A stretch of 64,000 nt of DNA from Cyanobacteriota bacterium. GTDB taxonomy: Bacteria > Cyanobacteriota > Cyanobacteriia > PCC-6307 > Cyanobiaceae. The notes below the pieces were generated by a model that saw nothing but the letters and a program-made list of their open reading frames with translations, did not search any database and was not told the DNA's origin. The stretch covers positions 192,001-256,000 of the forward strand of contig JBJOMY010000002.1 of NCBI GenBank assembly GCA_046052125.1, given 5' to 3'. Positions 1 through 11,968 of the stretch are shown here, piece by piece. Position 1 is the stretch's first letter. Each line of letters starts with the position of its first letter. The position numbers and the translations under genes are program-made.

Positions 1-2241
1 CTGAGCCGCACCCTGCTGGTGTACGACGCCTACAACGATGTGCTCGAGCTGGCGGCGAGCAACCCTTACGCCAAGCGCGTGATCGACAGTTGGGCAGCGG
101 CCGAGTGGTTCACCGCCAAGCCCGAACTGCCCGCCGAGATCACCGTGACGGTGTTCAAGGTGGAGGGCGAAACCAACACCGACGACCTCTCCCCCGCCAC
201 CCACGCCACCACCCGCCCAGACATCCCCCTGCACGCCACGGCGATGCTGGAAACCCGGATGCCCGGCGGCCTGGAGTTGATCAGCCAGCTCAAGCAGAAA
301 GGCCACCCCGTGGCCTACGTGGGCGACGTGGTGGGCACCGGCAGCTCCCGCAAATCCGCGATCAACTCGGTGCTCTGGCACACCGGCACCGACATTCCCC
401 ACGTGCCCAACAAGCGCAGCGGCGGCGTGGTGCTGGGCGGCAAGATCGCCCCGATCTTCTTCAACACCGCGGAAGACTCCGGCGCCCTGCCGATCGAGTG
501 CGACGTGAGCGCCCTCAACTCGGGCGATGTGATCACAATCCGCCCCTATGCCGGCACGATCGAGCGCGCCGCCGGCGAGGCCAACGCCGGTGAAGTTGTG
601 GCTCGCTTCGAGCTCAAGCCCAGCACGATCACCGATGAAGTGCGCGCCGGTGGCCGCATCCCCCTGCTGATCGGCCGCTCCCTCACCGACAAGGTGCGCG
701 CCCAGCTGGGCCTCCCCGCCAGCGATCTGTTCATCCGCCCCTCGGCCCCGGCTGATAGCGGCAAGGGCTTCACCCTCGCCCAGAAGATGGTGGGCAAGGC
801 CTGCGGCCTACCCGGCGTGCGCCCGGGCACCAGCTGCGAGCCGCTGATGACCACCGTCGGCTCCCAGGACACCACCGGGCCGATGACCCGCGATGAGATG
901 AAGGAGCTGGCCTGCCTGGGCTTCAGCGCCGATCTGGTGATGCAGAGCTTCTGCCACACCGCCGCCTATCCCAAGCCGGTGGACCTCAAGACCCACGCCG
1001 AGCTGCCCGACTTCATCAGTTCGAGGGGCGGCGTGGCCCTGTGCCCCGGCGACGGCATCATCCACAGCTGGCTCAACCGCATGCTGATGCCCGACACCGT
1101 GGGCACCGGCGGCGACAGCCACACCCGCTTCCCCCTGGGCATCTCCTTCCCGGCCGGCTCGGGCCTGGTGGCCTTCGCCGCGGCCATCGGCGCCATGCCG
1201 CTCGACATGCCCGAATCGGTGCTGGTGAAGTTCTCCGGCTCGCTGCAGCCGGGCGTCACCCTGCGCGATGTGGTGAACGCCATCCCCTATGTGGCGATCC
1301 AGCAGGGGCTGCTCACCGTGGAGAAGGCCGGCAAGAAGAACATCTTCAGCGGCCGAATCATGGAAATCGAAGGCCTGCCTGATCTCAAGCTGGAGCAAGC
1401 CTTCGAACTCACCGACGCCACCGCCGAGCGCTCCTGCGCCGGCAGCACCATCAAGCTCTCGGTGGACACGGTGAGCGAATACCTGCGCAGCAACGTGGCG
1501 CTGCTCAAAAACATGATCGCCCGCGGCTACAGCGATGCCCGCACCCTGGCCCGCCGCATCAAGGCGATGGAAGCCTGGCTGGAGAACCCGGTGCTGATGG
1601 AAGCGGACGCCGATGCGGAGTACGCCGCCGTGATCGAGATCAACCTCGATGAGATCACCGAGCCGATCCTGGCCTGCCCCAACGACCCCGACAACGTGAA
1701 AACGCTCTCGGAAGTGGCGGGCGATCGCATCGATGAGGTGTTCATCGGCTCCTGCATGACCAACATCGGCCACTACCGCGCTGCCGCCACCGTGCTTGAG
1801 GGCCAGGGCCAGAACACCGCGCGGCTCTGGGTGTGCCCTCCAACCCGCATGGATGAGGAGATGCTCAAGCAGGAGGGCTACTACGCCATCTTTGAGAAGG
1901 CAGGCTCCCGCATGGAGATGCCCGGCTGCTCGCTCTGCATGGGCAACCAGGCCCGCGTGGAAGACAACACCACCGTGTTCTCCACCAGCACCCGCAACTT
2001 CAACAACCGCCTCGGCAACGGCGCCCAGGTGTATCTGGGCAGTGCCGAACTGGCGGCGGTGTGCGCCCAGCTGGGCCGCATCCCCACCAAGGATCAATAC
2101 CTGGCGATCGCCGCCGCCAAGATCGATCCCCGCGGCGCCGAGCTCTACCGCTACCTCAACTTCGATCAGATCGAAGGCTTCGAGGACAGCGGCCGGGTGG
2201 TGAGCGCCGAGCAGGAGGCGAGAGTGTTGGCAGAGGTCTAA
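1..2241 (+). CDS. acnB: Aconitate hydratase 2 (AcnB), 5'-truncated by the window edge
   Basis: Frame is open from base 1; contains [39 protein letters not shown] and the Fe-S Cys motifs IGSCMTN and [10 protein letters not shown]. Confidence 0.97.
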   Translation: MSRTLLVYDAYNDVLELAASNPYAKRVIDSWAAAEWFTAKPELPAEITVTVFKVEGETNTDDLSPATHATTRPDIPLHATAMLETRMPGGLELISQLKQKGHPVAYVGDVVGTGSSRKSAINSVLWHTGTDIPHVPNKRSGGVVLGGKIAPIFFNTAEDSGALPIECDVSALNSGDVITIRPYAGTIERAAGEANAGEVVARFELKPSTITDEVRAGGRIPLLIGRSLTDKVRAQLGLPASDLFIRPSAPADSGKGFTLAQKMVGKACGLPGVRPGTSCEPLMTTVGSQDTTGPMTRDEMKELACLGFSADLVMQSFCHTAAYPKPVDLKTHAELPDFISSRGGVALCPGDGIIHSWLNRMLMPDTVGTGGDSHTRFPLGISFPAGSGLVAFAAAIGAMPLDMPESVLVKFSGSLQPGVTLRDVVNAIPYVAIQQGLLTVEKAGKKNIFSGRIMEIEGLPDLKLEQAFELTDATAERSCAGSTIKLSVDTVSEYLRSNVALLKNMIARGYSDARTLARRIKAMEAWLENPVLMEADADAEYAAVIEINLDEITEPILACPNDPDNVKTLSEVAGDRIDEVFIGSCMTNIGHYRAAATVLEGQGQNTARLWVCPPTRMDEEMLKQEGYYAIFEKAGSRMEMPGCSLCMGNQARVEDNTTVFSTSTRNFNNRLGNGAQVYLGSAELAAVCAQLGRIPTKDQYLAIAAAKIDPRGAELYRYLNFDQIEGFEDSGRVVSAEQEARVLAEV

Positions 2242-2250
2242 GCCAACACC

Positions 2251-3861
2251 CTGAACCAGGAAACCCTGCTGTTTGAACCCGCCGCCCCGGCCGCCGGGGC
2301 GCTGCGGGCGGTGTTGGCGTTCCCCAGCACCTACACCGTGGGGATCACCAGCCTGGGCTACCAGGTGGTGTGGGCCACCCTGGCGCAGCGCAGCGATGTG
2401 GATGTGCGGCGCCTGTTCACCGATCAGGGGGATCCAGCGCATCGCCACTGCGACCTCTTCGGGCTCTCCCTGAGCTGGGAGCTGGATGGTCCAGTGCTGC
2501 TCGATCTGCTGGAGCAGCAGCGCATCCCCATCTGGGCCGCCGAGCGCGGCGATGACGATCCGATCGTGTTCGGGGGCGGGCCGGTGCTCACCGCCAACCC
2601 CGAACCCCTGGCGCCCTTCTTTGACGCGGTGCTGCTGGGCGATGGCGAGCTGCTGCTGCCGGCCTTTATCGATGCCCTACAGGACTGCCGCGAAGCACCG
2701 CGCCCGGAGCGCCTGCGCCGGCTGGCCGCGGTGCCCGGCGTTTACGTGCCAGGGCTCTATGCCCCCCGCTACGGCGCTGAGGGCGAACTGCTGGCCGTTG
2801 AGCCCACAGAACCCGGCATCCCAGCCACCGTGGCGAAGCAAACCTGGCGGGGCAACACCCTCAGCCACTCCACGGTGATCACCCCGGAGGCGGCCTGGCC
2901 TTCGATTCACATGGTTGAGGTGGTGCGCAGCTGCCCGGAGCTCTGCCGCTTCTGCCTGGCCAGCTATCTCACCTTGCCCTTCCGCACACCGAGCCTCGAC
3001 GACGGCCTGATCCCGGCGGTGGAGAAGGGCCTCACCGCTACCCAGCGGCTCGGGCTCCTTGGGGCCTCTGTGACCCAACACCCCCAGTTCGGCGATCTGC
3101 TGCACTGGCTCGATCAAGACCGCTTCGAGGGCACCCGGGTGAGCGTGAGCTCCGTACGGGCCGCCACGGTGACGCCGGAGCTGGGGCGGATCCTGGCCAA
3201 GCGGGGCAGCAAATCACTCACGATCGCGATCGAAAGCGGCAGCGAGCGCATGCGCGAGGTGGTGAACAAGAAGCTCGCCACGGAGGAGATCTATGCCGCT
3301 GCCCGCTACGCCAAAGAAGGCGGCCTCACCGGACTCAAGCTCTACGGAATGGTGGGGCTGCCGAGCGAAGAGGAGACCGACGTGGAGGCCACCGCCGAGC
3401 TGCTGCTGGCTCTGAAGAAGGCAACACCTGGGCTTCGGCTCTCGCTTGGGGTGAGCACCTTCGTGCCCAAGGCCCACACCCCGTTCCAGTGGCAGGGGGT
3501 GCGGCCCGAGGCCGAGAAACGCCTGAAGCTGTTGGGGAAACGGCTCAAGCCCAAGGGCATCGAGCTACGGCCCGAAAGCTACGGCTGGAGCGTGATCCAG
3601 GCGCTGCTCTCCCGCAGTGATCGGCGCCTGGCCCCGGTGATTGCCGCCGCCCGCGGCCGCCACGAAAGCCTGGGGGGCTGGAAGCAGGCCTACCGGGCTG
3701 TGCGCGAGGGCGACGCCTCAGGCTCTGACCCGCTGCCACCCGCCTGGGAGGAGGTGATTCACAGCACCTGGAGCTCCGACCAGGTGCTGCCGTGGGAACA
3801 CCTGGAGGGTCCGCTACCGAAGACAACCCTGATCAAGCATCAGCAGGAGGCGCTGGCCTAA
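2251..3861 (+). CDS. Radical SAM protein with a B12-binding-like N-terminal domain
   Basis: CxxxCxxC motif (RSCPELCRFC) and FVPKAHTPFQ. The ORF track starts at GTG 2311; the in-frame CTG at 2251 (NQETLLFEP...) just after the acnB stop is a plausible alternative start. Confidence 0.85.
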   Translation: MNQETLLFEPAAPAAGALRAVLAFPSTYTVGITSLGYQVVWATLAQRSDVDVRRLFTDQGDPAHRHCDLFGLSLSWELDGPVLLDLLEQQRIPIWAAERGDDDPIVFGGGPVLTANPEPLAPFFDAVLLGDGELLLPAFIDALQDCREAPRPERLRRLAAVPGVYVPGLYAPRYGAEGELLAVEPTEPGIPATVAKQTWRGNTLSHSTVITPEAAWPSIHMVEVVRSCPELCRFCLASYLTLPFRTPSLDDGLIPAVEKGLTATQRLGLLGASVTQHPQFGDLLHWLDQDRFEGTRVSVSSVRAATVTPELGRILAKRGSKSLTIAIESGSERMREVVNKKLATEEIYAAARYAKEGGLTGLKLYGMVGLPSEEETDVEATAELLLALKKATPGLRLSLGVSTFVPKAHTPFQWQGVRPEAEKRLKLLGKRLKPKGIELRPESYGWSVIQALLSRSDRRLAPVIAAARGRHESLGGWKQAYRAVREGDASGSDPLPPAWEEVIHSTWSSDQVLPWEHLEGPLPKTTLIKHQQEALA

Positions 3862-5189
3862 CGGATCCCGCAGCGCAAGCCCGCCAGCAGCACCCAGCCT
3901 GCGATGTTGATCCGGCTGTCGTACATGGGGATATCGGTGGCATGCAGCACCGCGAGCATGAACGCAGCCGTCCACCAGGCCCGCTCAAACACCGGAGCTT
4001 TCAACATCCCTTGGCGCACACCACGGATGTAAAGCCAGAGCACCAGAGCCACCACCAACACAGCCACTGGCAAGCCATGGCTGAAGGCCAGGTCCACGGC
4101 GATGTTGTGGGGGTGTCCGTGCCACCGACCGGTGCGCAACGGGTAGATCACGCTGAAGGCGGCCGCGCCCCAGCCGAGCCAGGGGCGCTCGGCAATCAGG
4201 CCGGAGGCCACACTCCACTGGGTGATCCGCAGCGACGCGAGCTTGCGCTGACTGTGGTGATTGAGGTCGTTGAGGCGTCCCCAGATCGACTGCGGAACAA
4301 GGGCACGGGCGGGCTCCTGCAGCAGCGCCGGCACCCCCGGCAGGGTGGCCAGCAACACCGGAAGCAGAGCCAGCGCCAATAACGGCAGCAACCAAATCCA
4401 GCTGGCAGGACCCGCCACCAGCGGCACCGCCATGAGCATCACCCCCCAGGCATTGCGGGAGTCAGTGAGAAGCATCGAGGCCACCTGAGCGACCACGAGG
4501 CCAAACACCACCAACAGGCGCCAGCCACTGCCAGCCATCCGTTCACGCCAATTCCGCCAACAGGCGATCAAGGCCGCGAGCAGCAGCGGCCAGCTCAACG
4601 ACAACCAGGCGGCCGTGATGTTGGCGTAATCGAACAATCCGGAGAGCCTTCCCGTGGGATTGCCGCCCTCCTTGAGATGCCAGATCACGGCACCGCCCAG
4701 GATCTGCCAGGGGCCATGCCAACCCAGCCACAGCTGACCAAGCCCGGTAACCAGCACCGGAACCGTGCCGGTGGCGATGGCCAAGCCAATCCGGCGCCGG
4801 GCCTGGGGATCGGATACATAGGGCTGAAAGCCCCAGAACCCCCAGAACAGCGGCAGCCAATTGCCCAGGCCCACCCAGGCCAGCATTGGCGAGTAGCTGG
4901 GGAACTCGGCGCTGCGCAGCGTCACCGCCAGGGCACCGGCCACCATCAAGGCCGCTACCACCGCGAGCACCAAGTTGACGCGGTCGCTCCACAGCGGAGC
5001 ACGTTTGCGACTGCCCTGGATCAGCGCCGGGAACAGCAAGAGCGCGGCGAACAACGCGCTGGAGGGGAGCACAAACATCCCCAGCTGAAAACAGCGCCAG
5101 CCGAGCGGATCGGCCTGAGGCGGCCGCTGGGCATCCAGGCGCTTCAGCAAGCGGCCCATACCTTGGCCAGCCGCGTGGAGGGCGCTCAC
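3858..5189 (-). CDS. O-antigen ligase (Wzy_C/IctB-like) family membrane protein
   Basis: Many transmembrane segments; GRLSGLFDYAN, TDSRNAW, PWLGWG and HPHN motifs. Confidence 0.85.
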   Translation of the reverse strand: MSALHAAGQGMGRLLKRLDAQRPPQADPLGWRCFQLGMFVLPSSALFAALLLFPALIQGSRKRAPLWSDRVNLVLAVVAALMVAGALAVTLRSAEFPSYSPMLAWVGLGNWLPLFWGFWGFQPYVSDPQARRRIGLAIATGTVPVLVTGLGQLWLGWHGPWQILGGAVIWHLKEGGNPTGRLSGLFDYANITAAWLSLSWPLLLAALIACWRNWRERMAGSGWRLLVVFGLVVAQVASMLLTDSRNAWGVMLMAVPLVAGPASWIWLLPLLALALLPVLLATLPGVPALLQEPARALVPQSIWGRLNDLNHHSQRKLASLRITQWSVASGLIAERPWLGWGAAAFSVIYPLRTGRWHGHPHNIAVDLAFSHGLPVAVLVVALVLWLYIRGVRQGMLKAPVFERAWWTAAFMLAVLHATDIPMYDSRINIAGWVLLAGLRCGIR

Positions 5190-6058
5190 TCGAACACCGC
5201 CGTGCGGCCGCGGTAAACCATCACCTGCCGTTTGAGATGCAGCCGCACCGCCCGGGCCAGGGCCAGGCGCTCGGTGTCGCGGCCCTTGCGGATCAAATCC
5301 TCCACCTCATCGCGGTGGCTCACGGACACGGTGGACTGGGCAATGATCGGCCCGGCATCCAGTTCCTCGGTCACGTAGTGGCCAGTGGCGCCGATCAACT
5401 TCACGCCGCGCTCCCAAGCGCGGTGATACGGCTGGGCCCCCTGGAAGGCCGGCAGGAAGGAGTGGTGGATGTTGATCACCTGGTGAAAGGCATCAGGCGG
5501 ATCAAACGCCGCGAGAAAGCGAGGTGTGAGCACCTGCATGTATTTGGCCAGGATCACCAGCTCGATGCCGTGCTCCGCCAGCAACTCGAGGTGGCGATCC
5601 TCCGCTTGCTCGCGGTTGTCGTTGCTGATCGGCACGTGTTCGAAGCGAGCCCCGAACTCCTCCGCGATCGGGGCCAGATCGAGATGGTTACCGATCACGA
5701 GGGGCACCTGCATCGGTAGTTCGCCGGTGCGCGTCCGCCAAAGCAGGTCCAGCAGGCAATGGTCCTGCTTGCTCACGAAGATCGCCGCGGGAGGGCGGTA
5801 ATCGGAGAAATTCACCTTGTATTGGCCGCCCAGCCGATCAGCCAGCGCCCAGGCGGTAGGGCAGATCGCCTCACGCGGCAGGCCAAAGCCCTCGAGCTGC
5901 CACTCGATACGGCTCAGGAACAGGCCAGCCCCCTGGTCGCTGTGATGATCGGCGTGCACGATGTTGCCGCCATTGGCAGCCACCCAACCGGCCAGCTCCC
6001 GCACCAGGCCGGGCTGATCCGGGCAGATCATCTGCAGGATGGCGGTGGCAGCCGTCAT
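5186..6058 (-). CDS. purU: Formyltetrahydrofolate deformylase
   Basis: N-terminal ACT domain (CPDQPGLV); LAKYMQVL, INIHHSFLPAF and GVKLIGATGH motifs. Confidence 0.96.
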   Translation of the reverse strand: MTAATAILQMICPDQPGLVRELAGWVAANGGNIVHADHHSDQGAGLFLSRIEWQLEGFGLPREAICPTAWALADRLGGQYKVNFSDYRPPAAIFVSKQDHCLLDLLWRTRTGELPMQVPLVIGNHLDLAPIAEEFGARFEHVPISNDNREQAEDRHLELLAEHGIELVILAKYMQVLTPRFLAAFDPPDAFHQVINIHHSFLPAFQGAQPYHRAWERGVKLIGATGHYVTEELDAGPIIAQSTVSVSHRDEVEDLIRKGRDTERLALARAVRLHLKRQVMVYRGRTAVFE

Positions 6059-6221
6059 GGCGGGGCGGGGCGCAGCCCTGAAAGTTTGGATTCTGCCGGC
6101 AGGGGCCTACACAGATCCGATGGAGGGCCCCAGCACATCGATGCCGTTGCAGAGCGCGCCAGGGCCAAAACCCCTGGGTAAAGTCCCGCAATCCAGCTCC
6201 GTTCCGATGGCGGCTCAGTCC

Positions 6222-6713
6222 ATGCCTGCACTGATCAACCAGCTTTCCGCAAGCCTGCGCCGCCTGGCCCTGGTGGCGCTGGCCGTGGTGCTGAGCTTCG
6301 GGCTTACCGCCTGCGCCGGTGGCAACGCCAAGGCGCCCAGCCTCAGCGCCGATGACATCGCCGTGATCGAGCGCCAGGCCGAAGGTTTCCTCGCCGCCCG
6401 CGACCGCCTGCCCGAGCTCGCCACCCTGGTGAACGAGCGCGACTGGACCTTCACCCGCAACCTGATCCACGGCCCCATGCAGGAAGTGGGCCGCGAAATG
6501 CTCTACATCAACCAGCGCCTGCTGCCCGCCGAACGGCCGGAAGCCACCAAGCGCGCTAACGCCCTCAAGGACGCTTTCGCCGAGCTCGATGAGGCCGCCC
6601 GCCTGCAGGACGCCACCAAGCTGAGCAAGGCCTACATCAAGGTGGCCAGCGGCTTCGGCCTCTATGCCCAGATCCTGCCGGCCCAGGTGCAGGCCGATCT
6701 GAAGCAGAGCTGA
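6222..6713 (+). CDS. psbQ: Photosystem II lipoprotein PsbQ (CyanoQ)
   Basis: Lipobox GLTAC and DWTFTRNLIHGPMQEVGREM; start could be 6207 or 6222. Confidence 0.88.
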   Translation: MPALINQLSASLRRLALVALAVVLSFGLTACAGGNAKAPSLSADDIAVIERQAEGFLAARDRLPELATLVNERDWTFTRNLIHGPMQEVGREMLYINQRLLPAERPEATKRANALKDAFAELDEAARLQDATKLSKAYIKVASGFGLYAQILPAQVQADLKQS

Positions 6714-6774
6714 CCCGGCTCCTGCCATCCAGCCTCTGATCCCAACGCCCACCCACCGGCCCACATCGATCTGC

Positions 6775-7839
6775 GTGATCGGTGCCGGTGTGGTGGGCCT
6801 TTCTGTGGCCTGGCTGCTCAGCCAACAGGGCCACACCGTGCTGTTGATCGACCCGGCGCTCGAGGGCGGACAGAGCAGCGAAGCCGGCAGCAGCGCCGCA
6901 CTAGGACTGTTGATGGGCCAGGTGTTCCGGCGCAGCAGCGGCCGCGGCTGGAGGCTGCGGCAGCAATCCCTGGCGCTTTGGCAAGCCTGGCGGGCAGAGC
7001 TAGAGGAGCGGGGCGCACTGATCCCCTTCCGGCCGGGGCTGCTGCAGCTGGCCAGCAACCACGAAGAATGGCTGGCCCAGCAACGCTTGGCTGATCAACG
7101 GCAACGCCAAGGGCTGCCCCTGCAGCTCCTGGGGCCCGAAGCCCTTCAGGCGTTGCAACCCGCATTGCCCAGGAGCGCTGTCGGTGGCCTGCTCTCGCCG
7201 CTGGACGGACAGATCGATCCGCTGCCGGCAATGCAATCCCTGCTCAACGACGCCCGGCACCAGGGCCTGCAGACCTTGGCCTGCAACGCCCTGGCGATTG
7301 AGCGGGGCAGCGGCGCGCCGGAGCAGCGCTGGCGCATCCACACCGATGCAGGCCTTCATCACAGCCACTGGCTGGTGATCGCAGCGGGATTGGCGAGCCC
7401 AGCCCTGATCAGCCCTCTCGGCCATGAACGGCCCCAGGGCCCGGTGCTCGGGCAGGCCCTCGAACTGCAACTGCCTGAGGGCTGTGACGCCAGCGGCTGG
7501 CCCGGCAGCCTGAGCTGGGGCGGGATCAACCTGGTGCCGCGGCCGGGACGACGGCTCTGGCTGGGCGCCACCGTGGAGCCGGGCGTGACCGCGGGCTCTT
7601 CAGAAGCCCTGGCATCCCTGCGGGATTTGGGTGGCGCCGCACCGCCGTGGCTCCTCGAGGCGGAGGTGCTGCGGCAGTGGCAAGGTCTGCGGGCCCGGCC
7701 GGACAACCGCCCGGCCCCCCTGATCGAAACGCTGGAACCAGGCCTACTGCTCACCAGCGGCCACTACCGCAACGGCGTGCTGCTGGCCCCCGCCAGCGCA
7801 GCCTGGGTGGCGGAGCAAGTGGCAGAAGCACAGCCTTAA
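6775..7839 (+). CDS. FAD-dependent oxidoreductase (DAO/glycine oxidase-like)
   Basis: GAGVVG dinucleotide fold, GLRARP and GHYRNGVLLAPASA; the true start may lie slightly upstream. Confidence 0.85.
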   Translation: MIGAGVVGLSVAWLLSQQGHTVLLIDPALEGGQSSEAGSSAALGLLMGQVFRRSSGRGWRLRQQSLALWQAWRAELEERGALIPFRPGLLQLASNHEEWLAQQRLADQRQRQGLPLQLLGPEALQALQPALPRSAVGGLLSPLDGQIDPLPAMQSLLNDARHQGLQTLACNALAIERGSGAPEQRWRIHTDAGLHHSHWLVIAAGLASPALISPLGHERPQGPVLGQALELQLPEGCDASGWPGSLSWGGINLVPRPGRRLWLGATVEPGVTAGSSEALASLRDLGGAAPPWLLEAEVLRQWQGLRARPDNRPAPLIETLEPGLLLTSGHYRNGVLLAPASAAWVAEQVAEAQP

Positions 7840-7853
7840 CCAGCCCCTAAGAC
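7835..7853 (+). promoter_or_regulatory. Possible Pho box upstream of pstS
   Basis: CTTAACCA-GCC-CCTAAGAC: two half-sites in 11-bp phase; the first matches the cyanobacterial PyTTAAPyPy(T/A) consensus, the second is degenerate. Confidence 0.45.
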
Positions 7854-7923
7854 AGACTGAGCGAGCGAACCCTGGGTCATCGCCGCGGTCGCTCATCGAC
7901 CGGCTACCCCCCCCTTTCCCACC

Positions 7924-8922
7924 ATGCGCCGCACCACCACTGCCCGCGTCCTCACCGGACTGGCCGGAGTCGCCACCAGTTTGAGCCTTGTGTCCTGTTC
8001 GGTTGGAGGGGGCAACGGGCCGAGCGGCAACCTCTCCGGCGCCGGCGCTTCCTTTCCCGCCGCCATTTACCAGCGCTGGTTCCAGGAGCTGGCGAGTCAG
8101 GGCGTGAAAGTGAATTACCAGTCGGTGGGATCCGGCGCCGGCGTGCGCCAGTTCGCTGCCGGCACCGTGGATTTCGGAGCCTCCGATGCACCGATGAAGG
8201 CCGATGAGATCGCCAAGGTGAGCCGCGGCGTGCTGCAGATCCCGATGACCGCCGGCGCCATCGCCGTGGCCTACAACAACCCCGGCTGCGATCTGAAGCT
8301 GAGTCAGAAACAGCTGGCCGATGTGTTCCTCGGCAAGATCAGCAACTACAGCGAGCTGGGCTGCGCCGCCAAGAAGATCACCGTGGTGCACCGCTCGGAT
8401 GGGTCCGGCACCACTTACAACTTCACCAAGCACCTCGCCGCCATCAGCGATGGCTGGAAGAGCGGCCCCGGCAACGCCAAAACCGTGGCCTGGCCCACAG
8501 GCGTGGGCGCCAAGGGCAATGAGGGCGTGGCGGCCCAGCTGAACCAGGTGGATGGCGGCTTGGGCTACGTGGAGTCGGCCTATGTGAAGGGCAAACTCCA
8601 GGCCGCTGCCCTGGCCAACGCTTCCGGCACCGTGGTGAAACCCACCAGCGCCAGCGAGAGCGAAGCCCTCGCCTCAATCGAGCTGGGCCCAGATCTGATC
8701 GGCAGCAACCCCAACCCCTTGAAGGGTTACCCGATCGTCACCTTCACCTGGATCCTGGCCTACAAGAGCGGCAACGGTCCCAAGGCCGAGGTGCTGAAGA
8801 AGGCCTTCAACTTCATGCTCTCCGAGCAGGCCCAGGCGCAGGCCTCCCAGCTGGGCTACGTGACCATGCCAGCAGCCGTGATCGAAAAAGCCAAAGCCGC
8901 CGTCGCCAAGATCGGCGAGTGA
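7924..8922 (+). CDS. pstS: Phosphate ABC transporter substrate-binding protein
   Basis: Lipobox LVSC; GAGASFPA, YQSVGSGAG, DFGASD and HRSDGSGTT motifs. Confidence 0.97.
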   Translation: MRRTTTARVLTGLAGVATSLSLVSCSVGGGNGPSGNLSGAGASFPAAIYQRWFQELASQGVKVNYQSVGSGAGVRQFAAGTVDFGASDAPMKADEIAKVSRGVLQIPMTAGAIAVAYNNPGCDLKLSQKQLADVFLGKISNYSELGCAAKKITVVHRSDGSGTTYNFTKHLAAISDGWKSGPGNAKTVAWPTGVGAKGNEGVAAQLNQVDGGLGYVESAYVKGKLQAAALANASGTVVKPTSASESEALASIELGPDLIGSNPNPLKGYPIVTFTWILAYKSGNGPKAEVLKKAFNFMLSEQAQAQASQLGYVTMPAAVIEKAKAAVAKIGE

Positions 8923-8957
8923 TCTGTTCGGAGCGAAGCTCCTCCAATCCCAGCGCC

Positions 8958-8981
8958 AGGGCCCCTCGAGGGCCCTTTTTT
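8958..8981 (+). terminator. Intrinsic terminator of pstS
   Basis: AGGGCCC-CTCGA-GGGCCCT followed by a T run. Confidence 0.85.
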
Positions 8982-8990
8982 CATGGCATG

Positions 8991-9015
8991 AAAAAACCCC
9001 GGCCGAAGCCGGGGT
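8991..9015 (-). terminator. Intrinsic terminator of dnaK
   Basis: Minus strand ACCCCGGC-TTCG-GCCGGGGT followed by TTTTT (UUCG tetraloop). Confidence 0.9.
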
Positions 9016-9062
9016 CTGGAACAGGTTCAACACAGCCGACCCAAATAGCCGGCTGATCGAAC

Positions 9063-10961
<1,899 letters not shown>

Positions 10962-11014
10962 GGATGTCCTCTGAACTGGAGGCATCCTCAACAGCAGGCC
11001 CCAGTCAGGGCTAG

Positions 11015-11029
11015 GTGTGGTTGCCGAAC
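11015..11029 (-). promoter_or_regulatory. K-box/Rre1-like motif upstream of dnaK
   Basis: GTTCGG-CAA-CCACAC resembles the cyanobacterial K-box (GTTCGG..CCNNAC) known upstream of dnaK2 and groESL; the spacer is 1 nt shorter than the consensus I recall. Confidence 0.55.
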
Positions 11030-11043
11030 AGAACCCACCCACC

Positions 11044-11943
11044 GTGACGCGCCTGCCCAGGATCAGCGGCTCCACTGCCCTTGTGGGCGTGCTGGGCGAT
11101 CCCGTGCGGCACTCTCTCTCACCGGTGATGCACAACGCCGCCCTGGAGGCGATGGGACTCAACTGGGCCTACCTGGCCCTGCCCGCCCCGGCCGCTGAAC
11201 TGGCGGCGGTGGTGCGCGGCCTGGAGGCCGTGCAATGCCGCGGCCTGAACGTGACCATCCCCCACAAGCAGGCGGTGGCGGCCCTGTGCCGCAGCCTGAG
11301 CCCGCTGGCGGAGCGGCTCGGGGCCGTGAACACCCTGGTGCCCCTGGAGGGTGGTGGCTGGCATGGCACCAACACCGATGTGGAGGGGTTTTGCGCCCCC
11401 CTGGCCCGGGAGGGCCGCAGCTGGAGCGGCGCCAGCGCCGTGGTGCTGGGCTGCGGCGGCAGCGCCCGTGCCGTGGTGGCCGGCCTGGCCGAGCTGGGCT
11501 TCAGCCAGATCCACCTGGCTGGCCGCCGAGCTGAAGCCCGCGACGCCTTCCTGGCGGACTGCCGCAGCTGGGCACCGCAGCTGCAGGGGCTGAGCTGGGA
11601 TGGCGCGTCCGGGGAGCTCACAGCCTCCCTGGCGCAAGCCGATCTGCTGGTGAACACCACCCCTGTCGGCATGGCCTCCGCGAGCGATCCCGCCGCTGCA
11701 CAGGCCTGCCCTCTGAGCGCCACCGAGCTGGCCGCCCTGCGAAGCGACTGCTGGGTGTACGACATCATTTACACGCCACGGCCCACCCAACTGCTGCAAA
11801 GTGCTGCAGCCCGGGGCTGCCGCAGCCTCGACGGCCTGGAGATGCTGGTGGAACAGGGCGCCGCGGCCCTGCGCCTGTGGAGCGGCCGCCCGGATGTGCC
11901 AGTGGAGGTGATGCGCCAGGCACTGCTTGAGCAGCTGCCATAG
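11044..11943 (+). CDS. aroE: Shikimate dehydrogenase
   Basis: [26 protein letters not shown] and GCGGSAR motifs; start is GTG 11044 or 11017. Confidence 0.95.
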   Translation: MTRLPRISGSTALVGVLGDPVRHSLSPVMHNAALEAMGLNWAYLALPAPAAELAAVVRGLEAVQCRGLNVTIPHKQAVAALCRSLSPLAERLGAVNTLVPLEGGGWHGTNTDVEGFCAPLAREGRSWSGASAVVLGCGGSARAVVAGLAELGFSQIHLAGRRAEARDAFLADCRSWAPQLQGLSWDGASGELTASLAQADLLVNTTPVGMASASDPAAAQACPLSATELAALRSDCWVYDIIYTPRPTQLLQSAAARGCRSLDGLEMLVEQGAAALRLWSGRPDVPVEVMRQALLEQLP

Positions 11944-11968
11944 CCTCGGCGGCACTGGCTTGAGAGCG

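Noticed and set aside
808..2448. Long shadow ORFs opposite acnB (and likewise opposite uvrB, clpX, dnaX, sqdB, mrdA, guaA and gap2)
   Set aside because: They fully overlap well-supported genes and are expected from stop-codon scarcity at high GC
6775..7839. Calling the FAD oxidoreductase thiO because thiG and thiL are in the window
   Set aside because: The motifs support only the DAO family, and the gene is not linked to thiG or thiS
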